Position numbers and translations under genes: made by a program. Under the pieces are notes generated by a model, which was not told the origin of the DNA, made no database searches, and was given only the letters and a program-made list of their open reading frames with translations. A stretch of DNA of 47,611 bases from an uncultured Clostridium sp. (lineage in GTDB: Bacteria; Bacillota; Clostridia; TANB77; CAG-508): the NCBI GenBank assembly GCA_948470875.1, contig CAOKQM010000006.1, positions 1 through 47,611 of the forward strand. The letters run 5' to 3'. Positions 44,507-47,611 of the stretch are shown here, piece by piece (positions within the stretch are counted from its first letter, which is position 1; each line of letters opens with the position of its first letter).

Positions 44507-45221
44507 TTAACATACAAAATCGGTTAAAATCTGTTTGTCACTTTCTGACAATTTTATTTTTTCTAATAAATCTGGTCGTTTTTTTAAAGTTCTCTTTAAG
44601 GCCTCTTGTTTTCGCCATTTTTCAATGTTTTTATGATGACCGAGATAACAAAATTTCTGGAACTTTCATTCCTTCAAAAATTTCTGGTCTAGTATATTGT
44701 GGATACTCCAAAAGTCCATTTGAAAACGATTCTTCTAATTTTGAATCAGCTGTCAAGACTCCATCCACATATCTTGAAATACTGTCAATCAGCACCATTG
44801 CAGGTAATTCTCCTCCAGTTAAAACATAATCGCCAATCGAAATTTCCTCATCTACAATTTTTTCGATAACACGCTCATCAATCCCTTCATAATGACCACA
44901 TAATAAAATTAAATGTTGTTCTTTGGAAAGTTCTAAAACCTTATCTTGATTTAATGTTTTTCCTTGTGGTGACAAAAAAATTACTTTTGAATTTTCACTT
45001 TTTACTGACTTGTAGCTATCCCACACAATATCTGGACGAATCAGCATTCCTGCACCACCACCATATACTGTATCATCTACTTTTTTATGTTTATCTTTGG
45101 AAAAATCTCTCATATTGACTGTATTTATTTCAATCAGATTTCGATTCATTGCTCTTCCAATAATGCTTTTCTTAATTCCATCAAACATTTCAGGAAAAAG
45201 TGTTAACACATCAAATTTCAT
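44507..45221 (-). CDS. trmD: tRNA (guanine37-N1)-methyltransferase (one +1 shift at CGGT 44639-44642; 237 aa joined)
   Basis: [36 protein letters not shown]; the shift restores [18 protein letters not shown]...KRPDLL, stop at 44507. Confidence 0.95.
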
Positions 45222-45222
45222 T

Positions 45223-45726
45223 TTATAATCCTTCTATCAAATGAACTATTATTTTGCCATCCTCTAAATTGGTTTCTTTTATTACATCATCAATTCCTGG
45301 CAATAATTTTTGTTTTCCCATTTCATTTTTGACAACATAGATATCATTGGCTCCTGTGGAATAAATATCCTCTACATTGCCTAAAAATTCACCTTCATCA
45401 GTATATACTTCTAAACCAATCAAATCGACTATATAATATACCCCTTGAGGTAATTCTCCCAAATCTGCTCTTCGGGCTAACAAATACGTATTTCTTAAAG
45501 CTTCTGCCTCCTCAATTGAGTTACAATCTTTAAATTTCAAAATAACTTGATTTTTATGATATCCAACTTTTTCAATCTGCTTTTCTAACATTCCAGACTT
45601 CATTTTCAGAAAAACTTTTGGTAATCTTTCAAAAACAGTATTATCTTCAGCAAAAGAATTTAGCTTAACCTCACCTTTTAATCCTTTCACATTTACGATT
45701 TGCCCTAATTCTAAATATTCTTTCAT
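45223..45726 (-). CDS. rimM: Ribosome maturation factor RimM
   Basis: [32 protein letters not shown]; operon position. Confidence 0.93.
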   Translation of the reverse strand: MKEYLELGQIVNVKGLKGEVKLNSFAEDNTVFERLPKVFLKMKSGMLEKQIEKVGYHKNQVILKFKDCNSIEEAEALRNTYLLARRADLGELPQGVYYIVDLIGLEVYTDEGEFLGNVEDIYSTGANDIYVVKNEMGKQKLLPGIDDVIKETNLEDGKIIVHLIEGL

Positions 45727-45731
45727 AAAAC

Positions 45732-45962
45732 TCAACCTAAAAATTCAATATTAATTTTTTTATGTTCTTTACTAGCTACAGATTTCATCACAGTACGAAT
45801 GGATTTTGCCATTTTTCCTTGCTTTCCTATGATTTGTCCCATATCATTTTTGTCAACTTTTACTTGATAAACAATCTTATCATCCGTGTTTTTTTCATAA
45901 ATAGACACAGCTTGCTTGTTATCTACCAATCCTTTGATTATTACTTCTAATAAATCTTTCAT
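45732..45962 (-). CDS. khpA: KH-domain RNA-binding protein KhpA (YlqC)
   Basis: DMGQIIGKQGKMAKSIRTV; between rpsP and rimM. Confidence 0.9.
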   Translation of the reverse strand: MKDLLEVIIKGLVDNKQAVSIYEKNTDDKIVYQVKVDKNDMGQIIGKQGKMAKSIRTVMKSVASKEHKKINIEFLG

Positions 45963-45983
45963 CCTGAATCCTACTTCCTAAAA

Positions 45984-46220
45984 TTATTTTGTAGCTTTTG
46001 CAATCAATGCTTTTACAGTCTGAGTTGGTTGTGCACCATTTTTTATCCAAGTTAAAACTTTTTCGTTATCTAAAACGATTGTAGATGGTTTTGTCATAGG
46101 GTCATAAGTTCCAATTTGTTCAATAATTTTTCCATCTCTTGGAGATTTTGAATCAGCTACTACGATATGATAGAAAGGAGCCTTCTTCTTTCCAACTCTT
46201 TGTAATCTTATTTTTACCAT
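45984..46220 (-). CDS. rpsP: 30S ribosomal protein S16
   Basis: [30 protein letters not shown]. Confidence 0.97.
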   Translation of the reverse strand: MVKIRLQRVGKKKAPFYHIVVADSKSPRDGKIIEQIGTYDPMTKPSTIVLDNEKVLTWIKNGAQPTQTVKALIAKATK

Positions 46221-46278
46221 TATTTCACCCCCTAAAATTGGTTATTTATATAAAGTTATAATTTAAAAAATTATAATT

Positions 46279-47611
46279 TTATTTCAGATTATCTAAGTCA
46301 CCTAAATCATTCGGATTGATATTCATTTTTCGCATCATGTTTTTCATTTTTTTTGGTGATTTCATTTCTTTCATCATTTTGGCAGTCATTTCAAATGTCT
46401 TCATAAATTTATTTAGTTGTTGCACTGTTGTTCCACTTCCAGTAGCAATACGAATTCGTCTACTTGCATTTAAAATCTTGGGATTCTTCCTTTCTTCCAA
46501 TGTCATTGAACAAATCATGGCTTCAATTCTGCCAATTTCTTTGTCATCAATTTCGACATTTGCCAATTGATTTCCAATTCCTGGAATCATTTTTAAAATT
46601 GAAGAAAAAGAGCCCATTTTTTTCATCTGGCGTAATTGTGCTAAATAATCATCTAAGTCAAATTTATTTTTCTTTAAGCTTTTTTCTAATTTTTCCGCTT
46701 CTTCTAAATCAAAATTTTCCTCTGCTTTTTCAATAATGGAAAGTACATCCCCCATGCCAAGAATTCTAGATGCCATTCTTTCTGGATGAAACTCTTCAAT
46801 ATCGCTTAGTTTTTCACCAGTTGCAATATATTTAATTGGCTTTCCAGTAACTTTTTTAACAGATAAAGCCGCTCCGCCTCTGGTATCTCCATCTAGTTTT
46901 GTTAAAACAATTCCATCTATGCCAATTTCCTGATTAAACGTTTCTGCAATATTGACCGCATCTTGCCCTGTCATCGAATCTACAACAAGCAAAATTTCAT
47001 GTGGTTTGACACTCTTTTTCACATCTTTTAGTTCTTGCATTAATCGCTCATCTATTTGTAAACGTCCTGCTGTATCTAAAATCACAACATCATTTAATTT
47101 TGAAATCGCAACTGACAAAGCTTGTTTTGCAATTAAATTAACATCTTTTGTGGTTTCGTTAGCATAAACTGGTATATCAAGTTGTTTTCCCACAACTTGT
47201 AATTGCTTGATAGCAGCTGGTCTGTAAACATCACAAGCAACCAACAATGGCTTTTTCCCTTGTTTTCGTATGATATTAGCCAATTTTCCAGCTGTTGTAG
47301 TCTTTCCTGAACCTTGTAGACCAACCAACATAATTAGTGTTGGTGGATTTGGTGTGAAATTTAATTTTGCATCTTCTCCTCCAAGTAAACTAACAAGCTC
47401 ATCTTTTACAATTTTAACAACTTGTTGTCCTGGTGTTAGCGATTTTAAAACATCTTGCCCTAAGGATTTTTCTTCGATTACTTTAACGAAATCTTTTACA
47501 ATTTTATAATTCACATCAGCTTCTAATAAAGCACGTTTTACTTCACGCGTTACTTCTTTTAAATCATTTTCTGTCATCCTCGTTTTACCTTTTAGCTTTC
47601 TTGTTCTTTCT
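46279..47611 (-). CDS. ffh: Signal recognition particle protein Ffh (5' end runs off the window)
   Basis: ALLEADVN, GLQGSGKTT, DTAGRL, TKLDGDTRGGAALS; frame open to the window edge (RKLKGKTRMTE). Confidence 0.97.
   Translation of the reverse strand, partial: ERTRKLKGKTRMTENDLKEVTREVKRALLEADVNYKIVKDFVKVIEEKSLGQDVLKSLTPGQQVVKIVKDELVSLLGGEDAKLNFTPNPPTLIMLVGLQGSGKTTTAGKLANIIRKQGKKPLLVACDVYRPAAIKQLQVVGKQLDIPVYANETTKDVNLIAKQALSVAISKLNDVVILDTAGRLQIDERLMQELKDVKKSVKPHEILLVVDSMTGQDAVNIAETFNQEIGIDGIVLTKLDGDTRGGAALSVKKVTGKPIKYIATGEKLSDIEEFHPERMASRILGMGDVLSIIEKAEENFDLEEAEKLEKSLKKNKFDLDDYLAQLRQMKKMGSFSSILKMIPGIGNQLANVEIDDKEIGRIEAMICSMTLEERKNPKILNASRRIRIATGSGTTVQQLNKFMKTFEMTAKMMKEMKSPKKMKNMMRKMNINPNDLGDLDNLK

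Overview
Low-GC, spore-forming Clostridia-type chromosomal window with mostly minus-strand housekeeping and sporulation genes (ffh-rpsP-khpA-rimM-trmD-rplS, ltaS-like, murE, dapL, sigG, purB-purA-dnaE, spoIIM-xerD, yqfC-yqfD-ybeY-dgkA-era-recO, htrA, rnhB, two pdp paralogues, an M18 aminopeptidase) plus pilin-like surface proteins. The main signal: 11 genes, several essential (dnaE three times, trmD, murE), are broken by 14 apparent +1 frameshifts. All 14 fall at an in-frame CGG codon, and skipping its C gives a GGN glycine codon that rejoins the frames, mostly at a family-conserved Gly (e.g. TDHGVMF-G, CYERR-G-EVIDY, IRFGL-G-SIKNVG, VS-G-QTY, LLS-G-HH, GPSGS-G-KS). A manual scan found no in-frame CGG in the uninterrupted conserved genes. 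This suggests a pervasive recoding rule in which CGG-N is read as one Gly with a +1 shift. Four in-frame CGG codons in three orphan or accessory ORFs do not follow the rule. Secondary signals: a probable remote DGR target gene, a divergent pdp paralogue, an unusual MurE specificity motif, a palindromic double WalR-like box and degenerate GTAG-REP-like hairpins. No rRNA, tRNA or CRISPR array was recognised. All homology calls are from motif recognition, not database searches.
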